Positions 26,400-39,699 are shown, numbered from the stretch's first letter. The stretch is DNA of 64,000 nucleotides from Lama guanicoe (GCA_013239625.1 MU054662.1:13691798-13755797), one strand, 5' to 3'. The notes: generated by a model not told the origin, from the sequence alone. Numbers and translations are program-made.

Positions 26400-28200
26400 G
26401 AGCGAGAAACAAAGACAACTGTGGAGAAAGTACAAAACTGCACATTGCCCAGCCTCACCTGGGTGCGACCGATGGGAAGAGAGTCTGGCCCGGCCGGCCG
26501 CCTAGGAGGAAAGTGCCCTCCCGTCCTCCAGGCGAGTCGTCGATGGAGCAAAAGTGAGTCCACTCCACGGGGAGCCCCAGCTCGCCTCAGTCCTGACGCC
26601 CTCAGAAAGCCCCACGGCCCTTCACCAGCTCCCAAGGGCGCAGGCTCTGAAGCCACGCGGACCCGGCTGGGGGTCCACCCTTACCTCTCACTCGGTTACC
26701 TCAGCTAAGTGCGCAGTCTCTACAGGCCACAGCTCCCTCTTCCACACGAGGGCAGGTCTCAGTGTCACACGCAACACCGAGTGGCCGGAAGGCGGGAGTG
26801 CGGAAACACCCTGAAGGCTGTAGCCCGCGGCGGACACCTGCCTCAGCGGTGCCCTTCCGTGGGGACAGCCGCCGCTAGCACCCTCTCCCTCGCCGACGGC
26901 TCACACTGGACCAGGTAATAGCACCACGCGGGTGACTGCCAGACGATTTGACCCCAAGCTAGAGCGTGACGCTGTCTCAGTGTATGTCGAGTGCTGGATG
27001 CATTACCCCCGGGGTAAACAGCTCTTCCTGCACTTGGACTTATAGTGAGAGCGGAACAACGGAAGAGGACAGGATGCGTTTCTGGCGAACACCTGGAATG
27101 CGGGTGGTCTACGTGCCTCCCCAGCACGATCCAGACGCTCCGGCCGCCGTTTAGTGAAGGGTCCCGTTGGCAACGCTTTCAAAACAGGAATAACAGGAGA
27201 GCAAGTCCCTATGTTTGAATACGTACAGCAGGACAGCTGTCATCTTATACCAGAAAAATTTCAAAGCGAGCGATAGCAATCATCCATCACAGTAATGGAA
27301 AAAAGTCTCTGGAAGTTCCCATAAAAAGGCTGATATTAAGTAATGTGGCTTCTGGGTGAACCTGCTAATACGGAGTGATTGCCAAATACATCATGAAGTA
27401 ATGGAATTATCTGACCCACGATATAGAACTTTTGGATCTCGGCCAATTAAATTTTGAAGGGTAAGCGCCAAAAATATATAAAGAGCGGATCTTGAGCCAT
27501 GCTTCCCGAGAACAGGAAGCGCGTAGGACCAATTGGCTGCTGCGGCCATTGCTGCCAGGTGACAGGCACAGAGAGAAGGCACCTGGAATGTGTCCAGCCG
27601 GCGGGCGTCACGCCCGAGGAGGGCGCTCAGCACGTCCACACAGTGAGTGTGTTTTCACAACAGTGGTGTCACCTCCCAAGGTAAACTCTGTGAAGGGAAT
27701 TTTACTCCCTTACACAGAGAAGCTGTACTATTTATTATGCAAAATGATAAGGATCATCCTACGCTCTTTATTGATTCTAAACCTCCTTAGGGCTGAGCGT
27801 TCACTGTACTAATTAATGGATCAGGTGCTCATTCGGAGACTGGATCACCACCAGTGAAAGCAACACGCTCTGTGCTGACGGCAAACGCCAGGCTCTCGTG
27901 AGCGTCTCGCTCTCCACGGACACGCCCCCTAGTTGTGACCCTGTGGAATCCACTAAGAAGTAAGGAAGAATGTGATTAAGTGCCTGAGCAACAAAGTAGA
28001 AACAGCTACTTGCTGAAGTTCAGGAAAACTGGAATGGACGCTATCGGCGAAGGCTCTGTTGACAAGGGGGACTCAAGCAGCCCCTGGAAGAGCCCAGGGG
28101 CTCATGGTTGGACAGAGACACTGGGGAAGGACATGAAAGCAGAAAACATTGCGACAGAAAGTTTGATGAAGACCCCAAATCTGATATCAGGTTCCATGGT
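26400..28200 (+). pseudogene. Possible decayed intronless pseudogene, parent unidentified
   Basis: About 1.8 kb of non-repeat sequence with coding-like texture. Read-through translation gives protein-like segments (HHEVMELSDPRYRTFGSRPIKF; DQLAAAAIAAR; NDKDHPTLFIDSKPP; KFDEDPKSDIRFHG) broken by stops. No poly(A) or TSD seen. Confidence 0.35.
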
Positions 28201-28700
28201 TTAATAACAGATGTTTCCTGAGCCCACGCCGCTCTCCACGCTGACGGAGTTCACGTTCTGGGGGGGGGGTCCAATAATCACCAAAAATCACCCACACGAA
28301 CGGGCAAGGACCCCCTTTTGACCAGAACGTAGTCGGGCTCCTCTGAGCCTCGTGCTTGGCCCCGCCCTTGACCTGCTAAGTGCAGTTTTAGCAACGCGTC
28401 CCGTGAAGCCAGCTGGAAGGACCCCCCACACCGACAGCTGATCAAGCTGCTCTCAGGGACCCTCCACCCGCCCCCCCACCTGCCCAGTGGCTGCGAGCCC
28501 CGACTTGGCCCCGCTCTGTTTAGAGCCGCGCTCAGTCTGTCTGTTCCAACGGCCTTGACCCCCGTGCGATCACCTTAAGTCAGGTCTTCCTTGCTGTTTC
28601 CAACAGCATCTGGTGAATTTCCCTCTTTAACAAAATCTGAAATTATAACTGTGATCAGCTTAAAAAGAAGAGGTACCTGTGGCCATCACACCACAGGATA
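28200..28700 (-). mobile_element. L2 fragment interrupted by an LTR
   Basis: L2-like sequence acagatgtttcctgagc...gacggagttcacgttctggggg lies before the LTR and aaattataactgtgatcagc after it. Confidence 0.5.
28303..28632 (+). mobile_element. Solo ERV1-class LTR, MER31-like
   Basis: ttgaccagaacgtagtcgggctcctctgagcc, cagttttagcaa and gtcttccttgctgttt...ctctttaaca resemble the recalled MER31 consensus. Confidence 0.7.
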
Positions 28701-29496
28701 CGGAGGCACAAGGGAGAATTTCAGAGGAAGTAATTATCAAACTGCAGTTCGGGGACGAGTTGCACCTGACATGGTGAGAAACAGGGGAAGGGGCGGCGCA
28801 GTCAGAGGCGGAGGGTCTGTGCAGGTCCCCACGGCAAGTCTGAAGGAGGGGGGGAGTCGTGACGCCCACCGCAGGGGAGCGAGCGGGGCGGCCGGGCTGA
28901 GCCGTGCCACACAGACACCCCGGACCCCACGTGCCCGAGTATGAGCACCACGTCTTCCCCTCCTAAATGCGGGTCTCGTCCCCGTGTCCTGGCCCCTGCC
29001 TCCCGTGCCCGCGCCTCATGTTGCTTCTTCTCCCGAAGTCTTGTCCACAAGCCTCATCTCTCCTGCCTCATTACCGTCTCCGGAACCACCTGTCAGAATT
29101 CAGAGTCTCATTACACTTCACCCACGTTAACCCTCGGTGCTCTGCCTGCTTCCCCCTGACCTGCTCCGCACACTCCCAGAAGGGTCTCTCCAAACAGCAG
29201 ACCCGACCGTGCCTTCCCCCGAGCTGAGACCCTTGAGCGGGTCCCGCCCTCCGTCACCCATTGTGCAGCCCCATCGCACTCAGGAACGGCACTTCACAGT
29301 GTGCACCCTCCCGGCTCTTCAGGCCAAGACTCTTTTGTGTCCACAGGGCCTAGCAGGCCTTATAAACAGCGTGTAAACTGCCAGGACTCCTGCAGATTCC
29401 CCACGTTTCTGTACTTTTTACAAATGAAGCTCTTTTTGCCTGGAATGCCTCACCCCAGCACTCCTTCCTTGCACAGTTGCGTGTGCTCACAAGCCT

Positions 29497-29522
29497 ACAC
29501 ACACACACACACACACACACAC
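29497..29522 (+). repeat. (AC)13 microsatellite
   Basis: Direct observation. Confidence 0.97.
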
Positions 29523-29724
29523 CCTCATCTTTCAACATTCAGCTCGTGTCCCACGTGAGTCACGACCCTCCCTGCCTTCCTCTTCGCCTCACGGTTAGAA
29601 GCACCTTTGTAGTTTCACCTTTTCACCTCTCTCAGAATTAGCTCTCAACACATAACTTTCAGTAATTTGAGGACAGGGATTTAATTTTGCTATTTCTATA
29701 GGCACAGATTGTAAAATCATTATA

Positions 29725-30378
29725 ATGGATAATCCTCGGCAGGTGCCATCCAACAGCAATCCTCCTCTTTCTGGGAGGGGCCTTCAGTGTACGGTCGGGT
29801 CTGTGTCCCTGTGCGTGCTCCACCGCCCTGCCACCTGGCCACGGGTAACTGGCTCAGGACAACACGGAAACTGTCCCTGAAACTCTAGGACTGAGACTCA
29901 CAGAGAATGTGAGTCAGTCACGAAATAAAGCTTGAGCTCTCAACTGTCATGTTCTTTCCATGTGGAGGAGGTCAGTGCACAAAATTAAAAAAAAAAAACA
30001 ACACATGGGAAGTAATAAAGGAAAGACAAGGTGAGAGAACAAGGGCACAAGAGCGAGGAAGAGAGAGGCAGGGAGCGAGATGGAGAGAGATAGAGAGATG
30101 GAGAGATGGAGAGATGGAGAGAGGATGGAGAGAAGATGGAGAGACATGGAGAGATGAAGAGACATGGAGAGATGAGAGAGATGGAGAGATGGAGAGAGAT
30201 GGAGAGAGTTGCAGGGAGGGAGGGAGAGATGAGTTCGGGTAACAGCACCTGAGTCTCCAGTGCCCTTCTTACCCCACAGTCTGGTGTATCAAGCGTTCTT
30301 CCAATAAATATCACAAGTTTTCTAAGCTAGTTTGAATTGGATTCTGTAACTTGCCACCAAAAATCTTTGACAAATGCA
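29725..30378 (+). mobile_element. Old MaLR/ERVL-type LTR (MLT1 or LTR16-like)
   Basis: The 3' end aataaa...aagctagtttgaattggattctgtaacttgccaccaaaaatctttgacaaatgca is characteristic; the 5' boundary is approximate. Confidence 0.6.
30077..30208 (+). repeat. Purine-rich (GGAGAGAT)n tandem repeat inside the LTR
   Basis: gagatggagagatggagagatggagagagg... Confidence 0.95.
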
Positions 30379-33300
30379 TGCTAACCCTACTGAACATAAC
30401 TTATTAATCACCAGTCACATGTCCAGCACAATCTTAGACAGTTTACAATTCGAATCTTGTATAATTCTCACAATGACCTAGGAGATTGTTATTATTCCTA
30501 GAAAATGATGGGACCTGAATTCAAATCCAATTTGATCTCAAAATCCAAGGACTATTTTGCTTGCATTAAATCTAGCTTTAAAAATACAGATTTACTGGAG
30601 CAGAGAGGTTACTTCCAGGAAAGCAGCAGACTCATGTTGAGCGGGGTCTTTTGCCAAAGTTAGGGACCTGCTAACTTCACTTTCTGAACAGCAGCCATTA
30701 GAGTTCTTGAAAGCGCTGTTGAAAGGACCCAAGGCAATGCCTTCTCTGCATTCACTTCAGCAAATTCAATTCAATTCACTTAAGAAAACCAGAATAGACA
30801 AACCTTAATTTTTCTCTTACAGGAAACATAAAATTAAGTCAAAGTCAAGAATACGGGTGGAGGGAGAGGCGCAGTGGCTGCAGGTGGGGTCTGAGTGCTG
30901 GAAGTCGGGAGCCCCGGGGCTCTGAGCACTAGGTTTATTCTGTTCAGAAAAACGTTATTCTACTCATCTGGATCTGGCGTAAACTGTTTCTGAGAAAAAA
31001 CAGGTGCTGCTACAAGTGCCTCCGCGGACGGGTGTGGTGAGCACCCGCGCGCCTCCGAGGTGCTCAGATCAAAGCTTCATTCAATGCAGAAGTGGTGCCT
31101 GTTCCCATCACGGAAGATCGTCACAGGACAAGGCTGAGCACAGAGCACTCAGGCAACAATAAACACACTTGGCTTTCTAAAGTCAGCTTGCTTACAGGCC
31201 GAACGTACGAGACAAAGTTTAGGATGCTGAAAACTCCGGAATGAAAACCCACAAAACTAGGCGCAAGTGTTCAGGTGTCACTTTCAAGTCACCATCAACA
31301 TCAGGTGACAGTTGCCCCAAAGAGCTCAAGGCACCTTCACCAGCCTCCGCGAATCACTCCCACCTGCCGGCCCTTGTAACGCCTTCATCTCGATGGCCCA
31401 CAGCAGACGACACGTAGCATTGTGGGGGCTTCTAGAAATGCCAGTTTCTCAGAAGCATTTTTCTAGTTGTTTATCTTGTTAGTAATGAAGTTCTGGATGG
31501 ACGCTCAAATCACAAGAGCCAAGGACGATTCCTTGTTTGCTCAAATAGCAGGAGAGAGCACGATGGTGCAAAATGACAACATATTAGGGGATCAATGTCT
31601 GGAATGAGCTATATGCTTACATACACACTCAAACACCTGCCTCGAAGTTCTCCTGAGATGCTGGAAACGAGTTAGCAACAGCAGGGTCTTGAAGCATCTA
31701 TTTAGCAGATGTTTGAGCTTGGGAAGGAGACTTCAGGAAAACACGAATGTAAAGAGACTATCGGGAGGCCACACTGCGTTTTTACCTAGGCGCCCCGCAC
31801 CACCGGGTTTGTGCAAATCTGCCTTCGCCTGGCTGCTGGCGTCAGTAAACACAAAGTTCAATTATGCATGCATGGACGGACACCAAGGCATCCTCTCATG
31901 TGTTCCCAAGGGGAAATCAACGGCGTCATAGATACTGGAGATCCACGTGCGCGGTGTGTCAGGGTTCAAACCGGCACGCTGCTCCACTAGCTGTCCCAGC
32001 GGGGCCGGCAGCGCCGTGCTAAATCAGTACAAAATGAGGGCCATGCATCCCCTCCTCGGACGAGCAAGATGTTTTCTAGCCACAGATTCCCATAAAACAG
32101 TCCTCTTGGCCTGATTTTCTGAGACTAAGAGGATTATTATTTTTTTAATGGAAATGCTTCTTGAACTGCACCTCTGTCTCCGGCCAGAGGAACCAGGCAG
32201 AAGAAAGAGCGTGGGACGTAAGAAGGCAGAGAGAAGTGAGATCATCTCAGAACTGGGTTGCAGGCAGCAGCCAGGGTGGGTTCGCTGTGTTGATGTCATT
32301 AGTCTTGCAAGATGCCTAACAATGAGTAGGCTCGTTTTAGGGAGGGGGAAAACGCGTGAACACATGCGGAGCGGAAGGAAGGGCCCAATGGCTACAAGGG
32401 GAATTCAGGGAAGTGTGTCTATTTATGCTTCCGACCTTCCCTGAGTCTCTGAAGGCAGAGATGAGTTCAAAGTTTACTTCCCAGACCCAGTGGAGGGGAG
32501 AAAATTTATCTTTCATGTGAATGAAAAAGATTTAGTCTGTAACTACTGATGCAGTGGCCTTGAATTATAATCAGAAAGGTTAAACCACTCCATCAAAGCT
32601 GAGAGAATTGTTCGGAGCATGAGAAAGACTCAAATGCACAGAGAAGTACGTTCTCTATGACTAAGCTGACTTTGGTTTGACTCTCTGAGGCTAACGTCCC
32701 TACAGACGGGAACTCTGAAATCTCTCTAAATGAGACAGGTTTATGACCCTGGGTTATGGAGCAGGAGAAGAGAGAGCCAGCACCCTCTCTCCTGGGAGCA
32801 GGAGAAAGAATGGTCGGTGGCTAGTGGGGAAGTGTCTCTGTGAAGGTGCCTTAATCACTGTCATGGCCTCTTGCTCTTGGATACAAAAACAAGGGCATAA
32901 TGAAAATTATTACTCTATCTAAAATGAATGATAAGCCACAATGCCACTTTATTCAAACAGTGATCTGGGGATTCCTGTTTTGAGATAGTCTCTTTAACTT
33001 ACGTATTTGTTTAGTCTTCTCTTAGATATTTGTGAAACTTAGTTTCACTGCTTATTCTACTTTGATCAAACTTTACACATCTGCTGCATGTCACCAGAAC
33101 ACCTGAGAAAACTTAAAGCAGCCTCTTCTCACAGGAGGGGAAACCAGATCACCAAAACCCACCTCGTATTTTGAGACTGAGTCACGAACGAAATCCAGGA
33201 TGTGTCTCCACCTACAAATCACCCTCTCTACACCAGGAAACCTAAAGACTAATCGCCTTGACAATGCTTTGCATTCAGCTTCCAGATTTGCCGCCGACTT

Positions 33301-33689
33301 TGTGAAAGCGGAGACCAAAGGAGGAGAGCCAGGTAGGGAGGTGTGGATTAGAATCAAACAAAATTTGACGGGGAAAAATTACAAGGTGAGAAAGCCCTTT
33401 TGTTCATACAATGGAACATAATTTTGGGGTAGACATTTTTAAAGCTCGTATTGTATCACACAGTGTTCCTTTGCGAGATTTCACGTGTTGTGTTAAAATG
33501 AATTTCATTTTGTCCCAATCAATGAGTCTCCCCACTTGCTATTACCTACAGCCCTTCCTAGCAGCCAGGGTTCTGGTTTCACTCCAGTACCAGGCTGGCA
33601 TTAAAGTAAGTAAAGTTGTTGGCTGCCCAACTGTTCGATCGAGGTAGCTGGAAAACGTCATCTACACCCAGATAATTTTTAAATTCCTT

Positions 33690-34060
33690 TTTTTCCCTCC
33701 TTCTCTCTCCCCATGCTCTGAAATTACCTCCAGCTTATTTGTCTGGCTAGAGGTTAATGGAACACTAATGATGTTAATGAGCATTTCGCAGTGCAAGTTT
33801 TTTCAAGAAAGAGATATAATAGCTGTTTTCCTTCCCTTTTAATCTTTTTCATCATTCAAGAGTTACAGGCTGAGGCAATTAGCAACTTGGGCAGCTCTGC
33901 CTCCCTGCTCAGCCGCAGCCCAGTGGGGCAAGAAGCAGGAAGCCATTAGGCAGCTTCACGTGTCCACAGGTGAGATCTCGGGATAGATGCAACACACTGC
34001 TTCTTGCCAGAAGGCATAATGCTATTCAGGGAGAAAGGAGGGAAATTAGCAATCTGTTGA
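33690..34060. promoter_or_regulatory. Candidate conserved non-coding enhancer (homeodomain-site cluster)
   Basis: TAATG at 33755, 33766 and 33775, plus caattag, ccattag, cataatg and aaattag, in non-repeat sequence. Confidence 0.4.
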
Positions 34061-34929
34061 TGAAGCTTTTCCATGGCAGGCGGGCAGCAGGAGCTGTCCA
34101 AGGTACTGAAGAGTCATCATAAATTCCTCCCCCTTCCCTTCCTTAGGCTGGGGCTGGGGCTGCCGGAGAGCCACAGATCTGGAGGAGCTCACAGCCCAGT
34201 TCTCCAGCACATCCAAATGTTTACCTACTTAGAGCAAACTTACCCTAACCTCATAGGATCCTGGCAAAAGGAGGATGTTTCTGGAAAAAAGTTCTTTAGC
34301 AATGCTTTCCATTTTCTTGGGCATTGTCCATTTGGTGGTGGTTTGATATTCTCTATGCTTTGGAAAGTATACATCCTAGATGCATATGGTAATTAAAACA
34401 TGCTCTTATAGTGCTGCTAAGATAGAAAAACACTGAAATTAAAACAAGTCCAAGATTTGAATTAATCTCAATTCTGACTCAGCTGGTGTTAGCTTTTATT
34501 TCTGGTGAAAAGGCCCTATAAATGCCTTCAGTAGATGCTTCAAGAAGACATTCAGAACACTCAAGGGAGAGGGCCGAAGAACGTGACATTTCACTTTCCT
34601 TCAGATTGTTGATTCCTTTTGTACCTAAAAGTGGATTTTAATTAAATGGATCATGGTTCACAACCAAGGTATAGAGAAAAATATTAAAGGTCCAAATCAA
34701 AACCAGGAACTGTGGGCATAATTTTCCTAGAAAGGTCACTCTCAGTCAGAACTCAGCCATTAATGCCAGCTAACCCAAGATGTCGCGGAAAGCAAAATAT
34801 TAATAGGCCAAAACAATTTTGAGCAAATTATATGCTATAGATGTATAGTAGTTTGTTGGGCACATTGAGAATTTTCTATATACCCTCAAAATGTATGGTT
34901 TAGAGATATGCCTGGAAAAACAATCAAAG

Positions 34930-35560
34930 ATTCACTGTCCACCTACTATGCATGGTCAATCAACTTTATGCCTGGTGAGGTGCTAAATATTAATTAAATA
35001 TAAGACCTGGAGCTAACATAGAGGGGCAAATGCACACCTGAAATAATTAAGAAAGCAATTAACTATGAAACTATGTATGGTGCAGATAAGAAGCACAAGT
35101 CAAGGGGGAGAAAGTTTCATTCAGACCAAGTGTAGTTGCTGAGGGCTTCATCAAAGAGGTCATGAAGCATAAACACGACGTGCATCATTGGATGGTACAA
35201 GGAGGGGGTTTCCAGGCCCAGGAAGCAAAGGAAGGCTGGGGTCTGTATAACCAATGATGACACTTGCGTGTCAGAGCCACTGTTTGGTGTCCATGGGCAG
35301 ACGGATTGAAATGAACAGAAACCCAAGGTAAGGAGATCTCCCGAGACAGCTGCCGAAATTCAGAAACAGGTCCAAAATAGAGATGAAAAGAATATGTCTG
35401 CTAAGACATACTCTGAATGAAAATATTAAGACTTGATGCCAGATTTGATTTAGTAGAAGACAAAGAGAAAAGACTCAAAGAGGATTTGGAGATTTTTAGC
35501 CAGGGCAACTGAAGTTATTGATTGGGTCTAAATAGAAAAGGAATCATTTTTTGTGGAAAA
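34930..35560 (-). mobile_element. L2 LINE remnant
   Basis: ccacctactatgc, ggagctaacatagaggg, gagggcttcatcaaagagg and gatttttagccagggcaactg are antisense L2 motifs. Confidence 0.65.
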
Positions 35561-38500
35561 ATCAACATGTTCAATGACGCTCTTTTCAAATAGTGTAATA
35601 TTTTTTCTAGATCCACATGGGTCTGGCCAATCTAAATGATTTTAACGTCTTAGATTCCTATCTCCCCATTCGAATGTTCGCTCCAATTGCTAAATAGCAC
35701 CTATATTCTCTTATACCAATTGAACAATAATTTTACCAATTTACTCCAGACAAAAGCTCACTGGAGACAAAGATGTTTTGTGCAGTGGGCATCATTACCA
35801 GCATGTGCTCGGACCATCCATTTGAGATGCGGGTTTCAAGAAGGCAAGCATCACGCCCATTTAGAAAACTCTGTCGCAGCCTGCAAAGCGCCACGCAGAA
35901 ACATTTCTGCAAGAAATGATGACGGCAACTAGAAATAGTCTCAAAGGGTTTATCAAACGCCTTAGAGGGTAAAATCGAAGTGAAAGCTTTTATGCATATC
36001 ACATCCTTGTTTCCTAAAGAAATAACGAACCCGCCCCCCACCCCCCAGCAGTGGAAGGAACTACATAATTGTGTATGTGGGGCGGCAGCGCTAACAGCAA
36101 TGTGCTCCATCCAGATGGCAAATGGGATGATGGCAAAGCCAGGATGAGGAAGCAACTAATGATACTTCAAATAGCAAAGCGCAAGCACAGGCGACAGACC
36201 CAGGACCAGACAATGGAGCACATGTCGAAGTCAGCTGCTGGGGCCGGGGGAGGGGGAGACAGAACCAAAAAGTAAATATGCGCTCCCTAAACATAAGTGC
36301 AAATGCATGGCTCCACTTCAGAGGCAGTCGCCACTCTCCCTCTCCGTCTCCGTCCCTCCCTCCTCCCTCCAGAGCTCGCGCAACGTGGAAGAGCCCACGG
36401 ACCACCCTCCTCGCCGGGGAAGGAGATGGGTCTTTCTCCCCTGCCCTGGAGAGGAGACTCTCCCAGGAACAGCTACCTGGGACTCAGTAGGCAATACAAC
36501 CCCGTGATATGGCCCAGTCTCCAGCACCCCCCTTGGAAATGGGGGGAAGTCGGGCCAGGGTCTCCACGCGAGTCACGCTTGGCTCAGGACCGAGAACTCT
36601 CTGTCACCTCGGACAGGCTTCTTGTCTCCACTGGAGGGAAGGGCTGTGAAGGACGCCTCTCCCCGGGTGGCACTGTGACCAGGCTTGGAATGTCCCTGGC
36701 ACACGAACGGCTCCAAGTTTAGACAGGTACGCCAAGGCACGTACAAGGAGATCATTCACCGGAACTCGCAAGGATTGAAGACCTCCGCCTGCATTTGTGT
36801 TAGAGGGGATCCGTCTGCATTTAAAGCTGCTGCTCTCTGATAAAGGGGAGGGAGAGAGCCCTTCGAAATCGCCCGGACAGAAGCCGAGATATTGCTTTTC
36901 AGACAGCCCGGACGCCCTCACTGAATCACACAGCTGCCACCGCCCTCGTCGGCGTTTCGGGAGCTCCTGACACAGACTGTGAGGGACGTCTCGTCACAAA
37001 TGAGCACTTCTGGCCAGAACCTGCTTATCGAGACAACCTGTCAGCCAACCAGGGAGAGGCTTTCCGTTGACACGGACAAGACAGCGACCCGGTGGTGCGA
37101 ACTCGTCTTGCTCATCGTTCATGCTCACCTGTCCCTCCTCACAGTCACAGACACTCCGTCTGAAGATCACGGAGATTCCCAGTGACTCAGTTTCCATTTT
37201 CATCTCACCATGTCTTTCCCTGGCTGCTTATTTACGGCTAACTGCATGGAGAGCTTTCAGGGAAAGACGCCATTATAGCACAACGATGCTCTCTTGACAC
37301 AGAAGATTGGAATCTACACAAATGTTCTGTAACAACTCATTTTAATGTTTGCCTACTTGTCTTTATTTTTTTATTTCTGATTCTCAGTGTACTCGAGACA
37401 GAGGGAGGTTTGCTTCAGCTCAGGGAGACATGCCACAAATCTAGCGGAGACCACAGATGGCGTGGGCTGGGTTGCCTACCTCCCTTCCAGGCTCGGCGTG
37501 GCCATTGGTATGCAGCACAGCACCTCGCACGCTCATCAAGGCTGTTGGAGGAAAAGGTTCAGGGTGCTCCAAAGCACAGCAGCCAAATTATCCTTGTTTA
37601 TGGCAGGAGAGGGTTCACTTCAGATCAAGACAGAAGTATATTAACAAGGAAATAAGCCTTGAAAAATACTTTCTTCCTTTGTCTTTTAGTTTCGGAGAAA
37701 AGGCTGCTACGCATTTGCTGATCAGCGTCAAGGTACATTTTCAGGTTGAGCCAAGAGGCGGATTTGCTGTGAGTTAACACGCACCTCTCTTTCCAGACCT
37801 AGTCTTTAGAAGGTTGTTAATTCTTCCAGGTGGACATACATCACTAAGTTGTAAGACTAAAGGCACACAGACATCTGGCTGCACATTGACTTGATGGGCT
37901 ATTGTCAGACTTTCGTCCAAGAATTCAGAATGAAAATTTAATCCTTCCTACTAAAATTGCAGCCAACAGCCTAGCACACCTCAAGGAAGACAGAGGAAGG
38001 GCCCTGCAGGCTGCTGCCCCACGGCCGGGTCGGAACTCTCTGCACCAGGGCCGTCCAGGGGGCAAAGCCGAAACGCCGGTGTCCCGGTGAGAAGTCACTT
38101 CACCCGTGGGCCTGGCTCTTCCGTAATGAGTCTACCCTGAGCGCCTGCCAGGCTCTCCTCAGATCTGCATTTACTCTCTTCTGTGGATTGAATACGAATG
38201 TGGCACCTTCAGTGGATTTTCAGACCCCTTGAGACAGAGACCGTACTTAATTAATCCTCATATCTCTCACGCTATCGAAGCCGGCACTTCTACACAGTGG
38301 TTGAAACTATGTGTTAAATACGCAGTGGAACTCCTCCTACGAATCACCCAGGCGGGGAAAAGGCTTTGCGGAGTCTTTCCGGCAGCATCTGTGCCCAGGG
38401 GGCCCTTCACTTAGCACACCTGGTAAAAAGGCCCCCTCGGCGGTGCCCGGGACGCATCCCTGACTTGTCCCTGTCACACAGCATCGCCGAGCAGGGGAAG

Positions 38501-38656
38501 ACCAGACCGAGAGGAGGAGACATGACACCGTATCTGAGAGAGCAAGCTACGTCAGTGTTCACGTCACCCAGCCCTTCTGTTTCAGAACCGAAGGAAGTGA
38601 GACGGGGACAGAGAGCGACAGGATGCCCGGTGCTCACTCTCGGGAAGCCTCCAGCC

Positions 38657-39001
38657 CAGCGGTTCTCAACCAGGAGCAGCGTGCCCGACACAACTCAAAG
38701 CTATTTCTTCTTTATATGAATCTTAGGGGTTTGGTTCCATTCCAATCTTTTAAAAAAATTATTCTTTGTACTTTTTAAAATTTTTGAATAGGTCTCAGAC
38801 CTCTTTACATTCTAGGTCACTGACTTTGGGACAAAAAAAAAAAAAGGAAACAAAAATTCTTAAAAGACTCGGGCGGGGCTTCTATTGGCATCTAGTGAGC
38901 AGGGGCCGGGCAGCTAATAACTTCCCACCAGGCACAGGACAGGCCACACTGGAGAGAGTCACTCAGTCTAAACGCCAGTGGTGCTGAAGCTGAAAACCCT
39001 G
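38657..39001 (+). mobile_element. MER20 (hAT-Charlie) DNA transposon split by a 172-bp insertion
   Basis: 5' end cagcggttctcaacc; resumes with ctattggcatctagtgag...gcacaggacag...tgctgaagctgaaaaccctg. Confidence 0.85.
38696..38867 (+). repeat. 172-bp templated copy of 40854-41025
   Basis: 4 mismatches in 172 bp by manual alignment. Confidence 0.97.
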
Positions 39002-39699
39002 GCTGGCCCATTAAGGCAACACAAGGCCAACAGACAAGGACGGGATTAAGAAAGGTAAATTTTGCGTTTCGGGTTCTGGAGCGCACATCCTCCACTGAGC
39101 AGAAAGCTTAGGATAATGTGTGTCCTCAGCAGTGAGGATCTGTGACCATGCCCGCGTGACAGCAAGGAAGCCTCATACCCACCAGGCTCAGAAAAGGCGT
39201 GACCGGTGCTTTGCCCCCGCCCGGCGCTGCCACACCGTGAGCTCTGCACCTCGTCGGGTCACTCAGGCTCCGAGCACGAAACAGAGGTGACAGGCCCTGT
39301 GGGTGATGCCACATTCTTCTTGAAGCATAAACTGGGTTGCCGTGCAAGGAAGGCAGTGCAGTGTTTCGAGAAGGGCCTGAAAGTCAGGAGGTCGGGCTCT
39401 GAACAAGTTTGTCACGTGATCTGGAACAACCTATGTCTTCTCCATCCTGGGCCCAGATTCCTCTTCCTCCATTAAATGTGACGGTGACTTTGACCTCAAA
39501 GGTAGTAGCTTCCGGCTCTGATCATCTGTAGGGTTCTTTCTCTTTCCCTGACACCCCGCTCCCGGCTCTGAGTCAGGTGGGCACCCGGCCGTGCAAGAGC
39601 GTCTCCCTGGGGTGCTGCCAGTGAGGCTCGGCGCTAGGGGCAGGGAGGCGTGGAGCACAGACGCCGGCCGGGGGGTCTGGGGCTGTGCCGTCATCGCCT

